The position numbers and the translations under genes are program-made. Positions 1 through 11,200 of a DNA stretch of 64,000 nt are shown one piece after another. Positions within the stretch are counted from its first letter, which is position 1, and each line of letters opens with the position of its first letter. The notes under the pieces were generated by a model. It was not told the origin of the DNA, searched no databases, and worked only from the letters and a program-made list of their open reading frames with translations. This stretch comes from Marsupella aquatica (lineage: Eukaryota; Plantae; Marchantiophyta), in the NCBI GenBank assembly GCA_973895155.1, contig OZ316898.1, positions 11,989,187-12,053,186 on the forward strand. The letters run 5' to 3'.

Positions 1-307
1 CTCTAGCTGTAGCCTCGCTCGGTGGTGTGGTCTAGCTATAGGCGTTCTTGTATACTAGGCTGCCACGTGTCATCTAAACGTTTGTGAGGCATTTTTCAAT
101 GACCACTTCCTCTAGTTCTGATGATTCTACTAGCACTTCTAGTTCTGGGTAGTCCCTGAACTTTGATTCTAGTAAAATCTTTGAGTATGATTCTCAAGAC
201 ACTTTACTAAAGATGTCGGTGGAATCTGCTTTGGCCGCCTCAAAGGGATTTCATATCACAGTTCCACGTAAGTATGATTCAACAATTGATGCAAGTTAGT
301 CTTTGAA

Positions 308-630
308 GGGTCGCTCCAGGAGCGACCCAACTTTGTTGTTGGTTGGACGTTGATTTAAGTTTTCCTAGGGTCGCTCCAGGAGCGACCCAACTTTGTTGTT
401 GGTTGGACGTTGATTTAAGTTTTCCTAGGGTCGCTCCAGGAGCGACCCAACTTTGTTGTTGGTTGGACCTTGATTTAAGTTTTCCTAGGGTCGCTCCAGG
501 AGCGACCCAACTTTGTTGTTGGTTGGACCTTGATTTAAGTTTTCCTAGGGTCGCTCTAGGAGCGACCCAACTTTGTTGTTGGTTGGACCTTGATTTAAGT
601 TTTCCTAGGGTCGCTCCAGGAGCGACCCAA
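308..630. repeat. 60-bp tandem array (~5.4 units, six palindromic cores) in intron 1
   Basis: Cores GGGTCGCTCCAGGAGCGACCC start at 308, 368, 428, 488, 548 and 608. Units are nearly identical; the copy at 548 has C>T. Confidence 0.97.
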
Positions 631-1689
631 CCCACATGTTTGTTGATGCAGACCTTGTCTCCAGCTCGCTCTAGGGGCGAGGCAACACAGAAGATCTCTT
701 GCTTTAATGTTTGTCATTTCAATTTGTTTTGCCAGGAGAACAACTTGGATCCCCAGAGTTAAATATTATGGCCGAGGATGTCAAGGACTTTATTTTCCCT
801 GGACAAGATAAGGCAGGATTCTCGTGGGCACTTGAAGTAGGGATCATGGAGAATGACTTGTCGATGATTTGTATCAAGGCAATCACTGCTGAGACAATGA
901 ACGACAAGAAGATAGTTGCGTTGGGCCCTGTGGTCCTTGTAAATTGCAGTGATAACCGCAATGTTACAATCATTATTGAATCCAGAGAAAGATCTCAGTG
1001 GATGAGACTTTACTTGCCAATCAAGATGTACTCGTCAATTATCAACGTGGAGTGGATAGCACGCTCGGAGGCTAGTATTTGTTCAATGGGATTTCTTCCA
1101 GATGGGTTCACTATAGAGGATGTTCTTGAGAGGCATGGAAGATTCAAATTGAGTGGGGTTGATGTTGTCTTTGGATTCCTCTCTGTGAAGCGGTACATGC
1201 ATGATCATCCGGACCTTATAGATCTTCCTAACACATGGGTTGTCCAGAGGATGATTGAAAGAGCACGCTTTTCATATGAGCAAGCAATTGATAAGAGTTT
1301 TATTTTCTCTGATGAGTTTGACGAAGATGCTTGCATGAAGTGGATTTCAACTCAAAAGAAGAAGGAAGAAAAGCATCGAGGTAAGGGGAAGATGAAGATG
1401 AAGGCCAAAGAAATGACGTCGGCTGAAACACAGAAGAAGAGAAAACAAAGAGAGCCAAGGAGTGAAGGAAGTACTAGAGGAAAAAAGGCGGCGTTGAAGG
1501 ACTCCGACAAGAAGCCCAAGAAGAAGGCCAAGATTGGAAAATCAAAGCCCGTGTCAGCGTCAAAAGCAAGGTTGGTCTTGGATCCGGAGGATGATACATG
1601 CCCAACAGATGCACCAGAGGAACGAGATGTATTGGAGGGGCAGAAAGCTTTGCAGAACATCGAGCAATACTACACTTTTGGAATCAGGG

Positions 1690-2110
1690 AGGTTTTTGAA
1701 ATCCCGGTTAAAAGTATTCTTCCGCCTACTGCAGTTTTTGTGTATCGGATGTTCAACCAGGCTCATGCCTTAGAGATAGCAAAATCAATGATGAAAAACC
1801 CTGGCCAGGAACCACATGTTGCAGATTTGATTCCATTTCTAGAGCGCACTAAGCAGTTGTTATATTTTGACAATACCGCACGCGATCAGAAGCAATTTTT
1901 GTTTGGTGTTAAGAAGCAAGAGATACAATTTCTTGCAATCAGTGGGCAACATTCCGCAAAGGCTGCACAATGGATTCAAGGGTGGGCAGACAAGGATGCC
2001 AAGCTAACTGATCTTGCTAGCAAACTCCAATATTGGAAAGCGAGGATCTTATCAGACCTCACTCCAAGGGCAATTTTGGTCGAGCACTCGAGCCTTTCAA
2101 ATGCAGTAAA
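1690..2110 (+). CDS. ParB/Sulfiredoxin-like N-terminal (CTPase/nuclease-fold) domain
   Basis: EIPVKSILPP...VYRMFNQAHALEIAKSM...FLAISGQHSAKAA follows the ParB/Srx layout (ipl..I.p...pR......l.eL..Si......yeiidGxxR..Aa; DGQHR-like). It is preceded by a Lys-rich, NLS-like linker. Confidence 0.6.
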
Positions 2111-3139
2111 TCAGACCATGTTGTTTAAGTCTTGTTTTCTAGAGACAGTTGTTCATGCGAGAAGGCAATTTGATGAATGTGGAAAACCACCGCGTCCAGG
2201 AATTGGAACAAACCAAAGTACAGACAACCAGAAATACCAGGTAAACATTTTCATTAGTTGGAACTGTAGTTTAATTTTGCCTCGCTCTTGGAGCGACCCA
2301 AATGAAATTGAATGATGAATACAATGATTGCCCCAACCATTTTCATATGGCTTTGTCATTTTCTTCGCCTCGCTCTAGGGGCGAGGCAGAGAAGTTGAAG
2401 TTTCTAAGTTTAAACATCTAACATGTTTTTTGGTGGATGAATGTAAATGCAAGATTGGTTTGCCCTCGCAAAGATAACAATGGGAAAGTCGAGCTTGAAA
2501 GCCATTTTTTGGTTGCTCTTTGCTGAGGATAAGCTTTTCCATTTATGGCAAACTGTTTGTTGGGATTGGTTGGCAGGGAAGCTCCTTGGCGGGGCAGGAG
2601 AGTATGGTGGGCCGCGGCCACTAAAGCTGGTCACGCCAACTCTTTTTAGATGTTTTGAAGGGGAGATCAGTTCTAAGGATATCATTGATATATTGACCGC
2701 GGTTTATGAGAAGAAAGCACTTCTCAAGAAAGATGCCTCCAACAAGATGGATCTGGTGTCAATGCCAGATATGGCTCATACCATCAAGGTAATGACTAAA
2801 TTGAAGCAAGTCATTGTTGAGTACTTTGTTGAGAAGCACAAGGAGAAGTTTCCCGGGGGGACATCGTGGGCTTCGGTGGTCAACATCATGCCGGCCTTGG
2901 GATCTCAACTTGAGTTGACAAAATTGTGAAGAGCAGCTGGGGAGGTCTACCTTAGCAGTTTATTAAGGAAGAACATTGTGAAGGAGGCTTTCCCTCAAAG
3001 TCTAATGGTGAGATTAGACGGGTTGTACTGCAAACAATTTGGTGGAGTTGGGCGCACACAAACAGAGCCTTTCTTGACATTCTTCAGTGAGAATCTAATG
3101 AAGACAACCACGCCAGAGTTATTGGAAGAGGCGACACCA

Positions 3140-3860
3140 ATGTGTCCACTTGCAATTGTTGATTTTAGTAGGGCACGACAACATGAATGGACAGATTCGG
3201 AAATTTCTGTATTGCTCCAATATATTGTGGAGTTGCCAAGGAATACAACCATTGTAGTTGTCATGACTACTCATCCAGGGCCACTTCCAGCCAACATCTT
3301 AAGTGCCCTAAGGAAATTAGGACATGAAAAGCATTTGGCCATCCATGTTGAATACGGGAGTTATGATCGGGAAGATCGCCCAAATCCGCAGGGCTTAATT
3401 TTTACAGGAGCGATTGAGCAGGTCATTTTTGCTGGAATTACAGGTGAAGACAATTTTGATTGGAATCAATTGTTTAAGCCAGAGTTCAATTCAAAATTTA
3501 GTTTTCACCCCGATGTTGACTATGATTTCAATATTGAAGTGAAGGCTGACAAGCAAGAGAAAAGCAAGGGAAAAGAGAATGAGACAGAGGAGCAGTCTCC
3601 CGCATTTGATATGGCAGATTTATTGCGGCAAGCTCCAATGTTTGAGATGGTCGGAAGTCGAGGAGGATTTGTCAATCCGCATGCCAAGCCCCGACACATG
3701 CTCAAAAATATTATTGAATGTTTTTCCGGTGAGGGGGAGACTGTCCTCGATTTTTTTTCAGGAGGGCAGGTTTTGAAGGTGGCCTTGTTGGCATACCGAG
3801 ATTGTTTTGTCTATTCAGACACTTTGCAAGAACACCATTTCACCCAAGCATATGCAAGGG
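3140..3860 (+). CDS. Beta-class amino (N6-adenine/N4-cytosine) DNA methyltransferase-like domain
   Basis: NPHAKPRHMLKNIIECFSGEGETVLDFFSGGQVLKVAL matches the motif X/I block HPxxKP..L...I...S..Gd.VLDpFxGsG. Upstream LAIVDFSR sits at the motif IV position (canonical DPPY absent) and AIEQVIFAG resembles motif VIII, giving the beta order. Confidence 0.7.
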
Positions 3861-5054
3861 TTTTGTGCAACAGGATTCCCTCCCTTATGAAAGAGCGGAT
3901 GGGAGTACATGGTCCTAGTAGAGCTCATCTAAGTGTTCTTTGTGGGCCTATGGACAACCCCCAACCGGGCCCTCAGCGAGTTGACCTTGAGGATGGTGAG
4001 TTGCAGCATGATGATGGAGGTTCAAGTCCTATGGTAGAGGAGGATTTTGGCGGAAATTGGGATGCTCGAGCAACAGAAATGGTTGGCATTACTACCTACG
4101 GTGTTGAAGGGCTACCTCAACTCGACATAGTGATGTCGGGTCGCCCTGAGAGCGACCCTCCATCAAATCCTCTCAACCCTGAAGTATCAAAATTGCATCC
4201 CGAGAGACCGCAGGTATCGTGCACATTGGATGCAGGTTGGCAGAATATTGGGGCCACTACACCCACCACGGACCTACAAGTTGGTATTGCAGAAGCGATT
4301 GAAGACAACCTTCCACTTGGAGAGACAACAAATGTTGAAGCTGAAGAGGCAGGTGCTTCAACTTGTTCCGAGTCTCCTCAATTTTGTTCGTCAGGGAATA
4401 AATTGGTCTTCACAAGGATGTCAAGCGGAAGCCCCATAATATTACGCTTGTCTCAAAAGTCTGGATCTGAGATAGGTAGAACAGGATATATGAAGACAGT
4501 CCGTCATGCAACTCATTTCATTTGGAGAAATGGACCTAAAGTTGGATTGAAAGAAACGTTGGAGGATGCGCCTAAGTTAATGGTCAAACCTGATTACATA
4601 ATAGACAAATTGAGATTGAGTCCAGTGTTTGCGCCGCCAACGTTGGTGGAGCAGCTTCCTGTTGGCGTCAATTCTGATATCCAAAGTGATCTAGGTGATA
4701 AAATGATAGATGAATATGGGTCATTTAGTAGTGGAGGTTAATATTATGGTTTTGTTCTTCTATTTTTCACAATAATCTAAAATATTATGTTTGGAAATCA
4801 TATATGGACAGACCAAAGTTTTGTCATAGCATCTCTTCCATCGAAGGATATTATTGGTCTACCTTTAGCAAGCGGTACCCTGGTCCAAGACAAAGCATTT
4901 GAGCAAGGTACTTCTACATTGATATATCAAAATGCTTTGACATTCAAAAATGATATGTTTGTTTTCCCCATTAGGTCGGGTCGATCCAGGTTCGACCCTA
5001 AGTTCTTCTTTTATATCTTTTAGATATAATTTTGATTCATTTGGATCTTTGCAG

Positions 5055-6139
5055 ATTTCACTCCTAAATTGCACTCTGATATAAGAAGAAAACTCTTGAT
5101 TTTGGACCTGAACAAAATTTGTTGGGATTGCGTCAAAACAAAAAGCTCGGGGCCGTTAAGATCTACAACAACTGTGCGGGGTGTGCATTGGGGGAGACGG
5201 GGCCCGAGACGGGGTGGATTCAATTTCATGTACGTGGAAAGGCCGGGGTTGCACCAATTTTTGGAGGTGGCTTTCAAAGGTTTTGATGTCGCATTGTGGA
5301 CTTGTGCGGGGAGGCCAAGAACTAATGAAATGATGAATTTGATTTTCAAAGAAGAGGAGCGGAGGCAATTTAAATTTGTTTTCACACAAGAAGATGCTTT
5401 TGATACTGGCATAAAAAGACCGGACGTAGCAGATGGGAAAGCAAATATTATGTTGAAGGATTTGCGTGTGGTGTGGAGTCGTTTTGGAGACAAGTATGAT
5501 GATACAAACACTCTACTTATTGATGACTCTCCAGTGAAGGCTTTTGCAAATCCACAGTATAGTGGTTTGTTCCCAACTCCCTTCTCACACATTGCCGAGA
5601 GTGACACTTTTCTACCAGAGATACTTTGGCCATTCCTTAGAAAATTGTGGAAGGCTTATGACATCCGACAATATATATCTGTCAACAATCCACTTTGGTC
5701 ATTTGTTAATATAAATGATGACCGTGAAAGTAATGCTGCAATCTATGATTTACTTTCCCATAAGTGGGGAAGTAAGATTTGGCGTTCCAAGATTGAGTAT
5801 ACCATCTTGGATGTCACTGGAGATGAGATATGTTGGGAAGTGAGGGATATGGTACAATCCTACCCTACATTTGAGAACCTGACCGAAGATGATATGAAAG
5901 ATGTGGTCAACAACTGTTTGGGCGAGTCTTATGCAGGTCCCTTCAGAGAAAATCCTCGCCGATTTGTCTGGGAAGTTCTAAAGACTAGGGATCTCACCTC
6001 TAAGTTTAAAAACCGTTATCCCAAAGACACTTGCACTCGTGACAGACTATATGACCCAAATGGAGAGCGACTCACTTGTTCAAATCAGTCATGTAGACAT
6101 ATTCATGGAGGCATAGAATTTGAAATTTTAGATGATTAA
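5055..6139 (+). CDS. FCP1/SCP (NLI-interacting-factor-like) HAD phosphatase domain, last exon
   Basis: LLILDLN (motif I variant), RPGLHQFL, VALWT, KDL, TLLIDDSPVK..NP are all NIF-family motifs. A C-terminal C...CSNQSCRHIH may be CCCH-like. Confidence 0.85.
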
Positions 6140-7251
6140 TCATTATGTTTCTGTACATTGTAGGACACAAGATTGGAGTCATGCAATCATTTTTCTATTT
6201 CACAGGTCATAGAACTACTTTGGACTTTACACTAGCTTGACCATTGGAGTAGGATCGACATTATGGCTAGCTAACCTTGAATATATGTTATGATAAATGA
6301 GATGATTAATCTCACTTTGAATTTAATCATGAGTTTTTGACCAAATGATACATGTTTGTCACTTATCTATTTAATTTCAAATACAATTAATATTAATAAT
6401 TTCTGTATTATGATTAATTGATTAAAATCAAATTTGGAGTGCAAAAGTGTAATTTTAAACCAAAAAGAGTGTATATTTAGTCTTGAAAAATTGTTTATTT
6501 GGAGCAAAATTAATGGACTTTTTAGAGACAAGAATGTAAATTTGAGGATCACAATCTGGACTTTTAAATTTCCAGTTTTAATGAATACTGTGATCTAATT
6601 TGAAAGCGTTAATAACTTAAGTTTAATGAGAGGAAAGGCTCAGTCTTGCATTCCAATAACTAATTCTTAAGGTTTTCTCATTTTTTGCAGGAGTGCCAAC
6701 TGCCACCTGGCAGAGAGGAATTTTATGTGCAAAATTGGCCACCTTAGTAAAAGTCTTATGGGATTTTCTAGATTGCCACTGGTTTTTGGCATAATATCCT
6801 CCTTGCTAGTGAATTTTTCCTATATATCACAGTGGTTTGTGGGCGACAAAAATTAACCCAGGTTAGCTTCCTCACATCTTATGGCTGTCATTGCATCCAG
6901 TTTTGCAATCGGGGCTTGGGTGGCAAGGAATGTGCAAGGGCTACATGGGACTTGGGTCCCAACAATTCCTTTCAGAAAAAGGGTAATTATTGCAAGGGGT
7001 TTGTTTCCCAGTAGGGGCCTGATCAAGTCTACTAAACCCACGTACTAGATGTTGGTACTTAACTCTAGACTAGCATCTGGTTAGATTAACTAGGGCACAA
7101 ATTAACTATGGTTAAGGGTTGCTGGGTTAGACTAGTGGAGAGGGGGTATACCCTTGTGAGAGCACTTCATTGTGCTCATACTTAGATATCATTTTTAGGA
7201 GTTGAGATTGAGAGAGAGACTAAGATTGTCATAGAGCACTTCATTGTGCTC

Positions 7252-7253
<2 letters not shown>

Positions 7254-7292
<39 letters not shown>
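7254..7292. repeat. (GA)n microsatellite
   Basis: ~19 GA units. Confidence 0.95.
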
Positions 7293-7296
<4 letters not shown>

Positions 7297-7577
7297 CATA
7301 GAGCAACTTGTGAGCTTGCTAGGTTATGAGTGGTGGACCCTGGGGAATCACTTAGAGTAAAACCCCTAAAACACGTGAGAACAAACCAATGAAATTTGAA
7401 AAAATAAATTCAATTAAAAATACCCTTGTACCCTTAATTATATGGCTTTGACACATTTTTAAATACCTTGCTGAATATAAAAACTAATATTTTTTCCAAA
7501 ATTGGATTTTTAAACGCCTTTAGTACAAATTTTTGATTATAATTATTATGCCAACAAGATTAAAAAGAACCTTCATT

Positions 7578-9480
7578 TGTTCGCACCCCGTTCTAATAAT
7601 CCAACGAGTGATTCCCCAGGGGTGGTGGACCTTGCCACCCACCGCCCTCACCAATCCCAACACCCACGCCTAAGTGTCTCTGGTGCCCGAACACCTCGAG
7701 CAAGCATTCAACCTAGTGCCCCTTGCACTGCCAGGCCCCTCCCATATGAAATCGCACTTGCTTGGGGGTCTCACTATATGGATGTCTCCCCCATCACCTG
7801 CGACATTTTTAGGCCTCGGACCCCCTAAAATGCAAGAATTTTTTGGAATATTCTTGGAATATTCTCAAATTTTGGTTAGAAAGACCCTAATGTTCTTATA
7901 AGTCTTAAAATTGGATTTAAAAGACCCTATTATTCTTCTGAGAAAATTCTTAAGTCTTCCCTTTAAACCAATAAAATAACCCTATCCTTCGTCGCACATG
8001 ATATGTCATTTTTGTGGAAGTGAAACCCCCAAGCGCACTTGTTCTCCAACACGACCGTTACTCAACGGTCCTCACTATCTGCACATGCAACCAAACATCT
8101 TGGTAAGTAACCCTTCAAGATCTAGATCTCCAAGTCTAGCATCCTAACTCAAGCTCAATAGACATTGGTAAGTAGGTCAGCGATAGGTCCTCTCGATGCC
8201 CTAAGCCAGACCCCTTTCAATGTCTGTTGTTTATCCAGAACAACTCCTTCTTGGGCGCGGCCCGGGTTCCCCTCATACCTATCCATCACCAACTGACCGC
8301 CCTGCCCCAAGGACATGCTCATGGTCCAAATATCGTAGCTTGTCTTAAACCTTGTCCTAACACGTCGGGACCAGAATAGCCCTGACTCTAGCGACCAACT
8401 CCCGGTTCTCGCCCAACTGATGGTCTAGGGGGAAAGTGCCCTTGGAACTCAACCTCCATGCCTACTCGGCCTTGCCTCCCCAACGCAAGCTCACTTGAGA
8501 GACTGAACGCGGTGTGGCTGCTGTTTTGGCAGAATTTGGTAAACGGGCGAGATAGCCCCCGCAAACCCCAAGAACCTATGGTCACCCTAGACTCAGCTGA
8601 GCTCAGGAGGATGTAGCCCTCCTTGAGAGCTTTCCAACGACCCAAGAAGTCCCCCAACGGACTTCTCCTTGGGAAGTTATCGTAGTTTTTGTTTGACGTT
8701 TTCCCTTAGTATCATGACCGTCGCGGCTCACAATTTTGGCTTGCCCTTAGCCTCCAGGGAGACACCACTCCCCTCATATATGCTTCTATAGACCTGCCAC
8801 CCCCAGACCAAATTTGGTTCCCAAATTTTGGCCCCCCACTTGGACCCCAACCGGGACCCCAACCGACATGTCTGAGCACGCCACCAAGTGGCAATGCTCA
8901 TAACTTTCAGGTAGGCATCCGCAAGCGGAGTGCCTTAGCCCGTTGTGATCGGGCCGATCCAGTGCTCATGCGTAGGCCCTCAGATCCCATCGTCGCTTGG
9001 GACCCCCAATCGGCCAAACCCGGATTGGGCCATAACTCGTGCCCCAAGTATCCGTTGCCCATGAAGTCAACTCCATTCGCCTCGGGCCCAAGAAGAGTTC
9101 TCATTCAAGCCCTTAGAACTCAAAGTCTGTCCGGGGGTCCGGACGGTTGACCTTGAGCCTGGCCCTTTCCCTCTTGACCCGACCAACCCTCAGCTAGTCT
9201 AAGTCTTTAGTGTGTGTCACCACCTTAGCGCCTTGCCTTCCCCAGTGCCACGCCCCATTGCCCATAAGTCTCCCTATGCTAAGTCCCCCTTGGATGGCCT
9301 ATCTGGGCCTGGACCATAAGGGAGCTTGGCATCGGAGTCAGCGACGCTAGAGCTAAGTGTTAAGGTAGTCGAGTAAGTTCCCAACACTAAAGAACAAATA
9401 TGCTAAGTTCAAGTCCAACCCTTAAGCCAATGTTACCAAAACCCACTAAAGAAAGAAAATCAAGAATTCAAGTTCAACCC
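7578..9480 (+). mobile_element. Putative LTR/solo-LTR-like non-coding segment
   Basis: Starts TGTTCGCAC, is GC-richer than its flanks and has no credible ORF. It shares AGTGATTCCCCAGGG with an inverted TGTTCTCAC terminus ending at 7383. Right boundary and TSD not identified. Confidence 0.35.
7761..8033 (+). mobile_element. hAT-type MITE, copy 1
   Basis: TIRs CTTGGGGGTCTCACT / AGTGAAACCCCCAAG; 8-bp TSD CGCACTTG at 7753-7760 and 8034-8041. Confidence 0.92.
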
Positions 9481-10076
9481 ATTCACTATAACTTACTCTT
9501 CTGGTTTATTTGTAACTAATCTTGATTTCACGTAGTGAGTTCTCTGGTTAGTGGATCTGTATATGGAAAATATTATACACTAGTTGACTCTCTAGTAGGT
9601 TGATTGGTTGCTTTTCAAGATTTTAAACTATGTTCACCAGTTGTTGAACTTGACTGTTTAGGAAATTATCCAGTGAGAGTTGAGGTTACATACAAATTAT
9701 CTTGGGAGGGTTGGGGCTATATATATACACTCAACTCGAAGGAGGACATTGTTAGGTTGGATATTTAGTGTATCAATAATCATCCAACCCAATGCTGAAG
9801 CCTACATGGGTGAGTGATAGCTCACTTGAGTAGAGACTCATAGATATTGGGTTCAAATGTCATAACTGGGTTCTATTGCCTCCCTTTTTGTGGAATTTCA
9901 CTGATTTTGAAAACACAATAGGGTTTACAATGCCCTAAGTCTAATAATGTATAATAAATTAATGTTCATTCAAGAGCTCAACAAATTTCTGTATTTGGGT
10001 GGCGTAGAGATGATTCTACAGTCGACCACTTACTTGTACTTAGTAACCCATACAGACCCGGATATACAGTAAGCTC

Positions 10077-10357
10077 GGGGGGTTGACTATCAAAATTTTA
10101 GGAACCACGTGCGATCTAAAATATATATTTTTGATAGAAATTAAATAAATTTTTCAAAAAGCATAGGAGGCAAAAGAAGGTATTATAAACTCATGTTCAT
10201 AGAATATTTTATAATATATACTTTTTATAAAGTAAAATAAATTATTAATATTAAAAATGGAGAATATTCTTGAGATATTTTATTTATAAAATAGATCTAT
10301 TTACATTAGGTTAGGATTACACGTGGTACCCCAAAATATACACTTAGCTAACTCCCC
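10077..10357. mobile_element. Degenerate MITE-like element, with part of it duplicated downstream (to ~10610)
   Basis: Imperfect inverted ends GGGG.TTGACTA...GGAACCACGTG / CACGTGGTACC...TAGCTAACTCCCC around an AT-rich interior; 10240-10430 is repeated at 10430-10610. Confidence 0.45.
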
Positions 10358-11009
10358 ACGGAGACAATAAGATAGTCAGTCATGAGTCCTCCTTGTTCCC
10401 ATGTTACACAACAAGCAACTGATACAGACCATATTATTAATATTAAAATGGAAAATATTTTTGGATATTTTATTTATTAAATTGATCTATTTACATTAAA
10501 CTAGGATCACACTTGATACCCCAAAATATATGTTTAAGTACACCCAAGATAATAAGAGAGTCAATCATGAGTCCTCCCATATTACCAAACGAGCAACTAA
10601 AACAGACCATATTATACATATTATACACTGCTACAATCAGGTCCAAAACTGTGGGAGACACCACCAACCAGCACTTACGCACACAAGACTAAAAGACACG
10701 TAACATCATTAATGGAGTTCTCTCTAATAAGTGTACTACAGGAAATCACTGATGCACTTCCCTGTTGTGTAGTTGGGTCACAAACATCAGATTTCTCCCA
10801 TGTCAAGCCCTCATATTGCACATTTGGATCTCATGAAATGAAAGAAAAAATGGGCAATCTTTTTTTTTTCAACCACATAGAAATGATAGAAAAAATATTT
10901 TGGAAGTACATGAAACTACTTTATGTAGTTATTTGTTACACTTATCAATACCTACTTTTGAGGTATAAATTGCAGTAAAATTTATAAATACATGTGTACA
11001 CTTGTAAAG

Positions 11010-11200
11010 GGAAATGCACTTATGAATCTTCTTTTAGTGAAGATTAACCTCCGCTGATGCAACATACACTTCTAAACCGAAATGCACTTATGTATCGTCG
11101 TTCAGTGAAGATTAACCTCCACCTGAGCAAAATACTCTTCTAAACCGAAAAATGCACTTATGTATAGTCCTTTATTGAAGATTGACCTCCACTTATGCAA
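11010..11200. repeat. ~70-bp tandem repeat x3
   Basis: AAATGCACTTATG...TGAAGATTAACCTCC recurs three times. Confidence 0.8.

Larger units (their letters stand above)
99..6139 (+). pseudogene. Spliced multidomain gene: ParB/Srx-like + N6A/N4C DNA-methyltransferase-like + FCP1/SCP (NIF) HAD phosphatase-like; probably TE-borne, three disabling lesions
   Basis: Proposed exons 99-267, 736-2240, 2453-4736, 4812-4907, (optional 15-nt 4975-4989), 5055-6139. Intron phases match at every junction (e.g. C|GTAAGT 268 with TTGCCAG| 735; G|GTTAAT 4737 with ACAG| 4811; G|GTACTT 4908 with TTGCAG| 5054). Lesions: TAG 150-152, intron-2 acceptor reading CAA at 2450-2452, and TGA 2927-2929 between same-frame ORFs 2447 and 2978. 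Confidence 0.7.

Noticed and set aside
308-630. CRISPR array (palindromic repeats at regular spacing)
   Set aside because: The intervening 39-bp segments are near-identical rather than unique spacers, there are no cas genes, and the context is a eukaryotic intron.
279-762. Repetitive ORFs 279-635 (-) and 343-762 (+)
   Set aside because: Translations of the 60-bp intronic tandem array.
9327-9340. tRNA-Met primer-binding-site-like TGGCATCGGAGTC
   Set aside because: It mismatches TGGTATCAGAGC, is not preceded by an LTR CA end, and no gag/pol follows.
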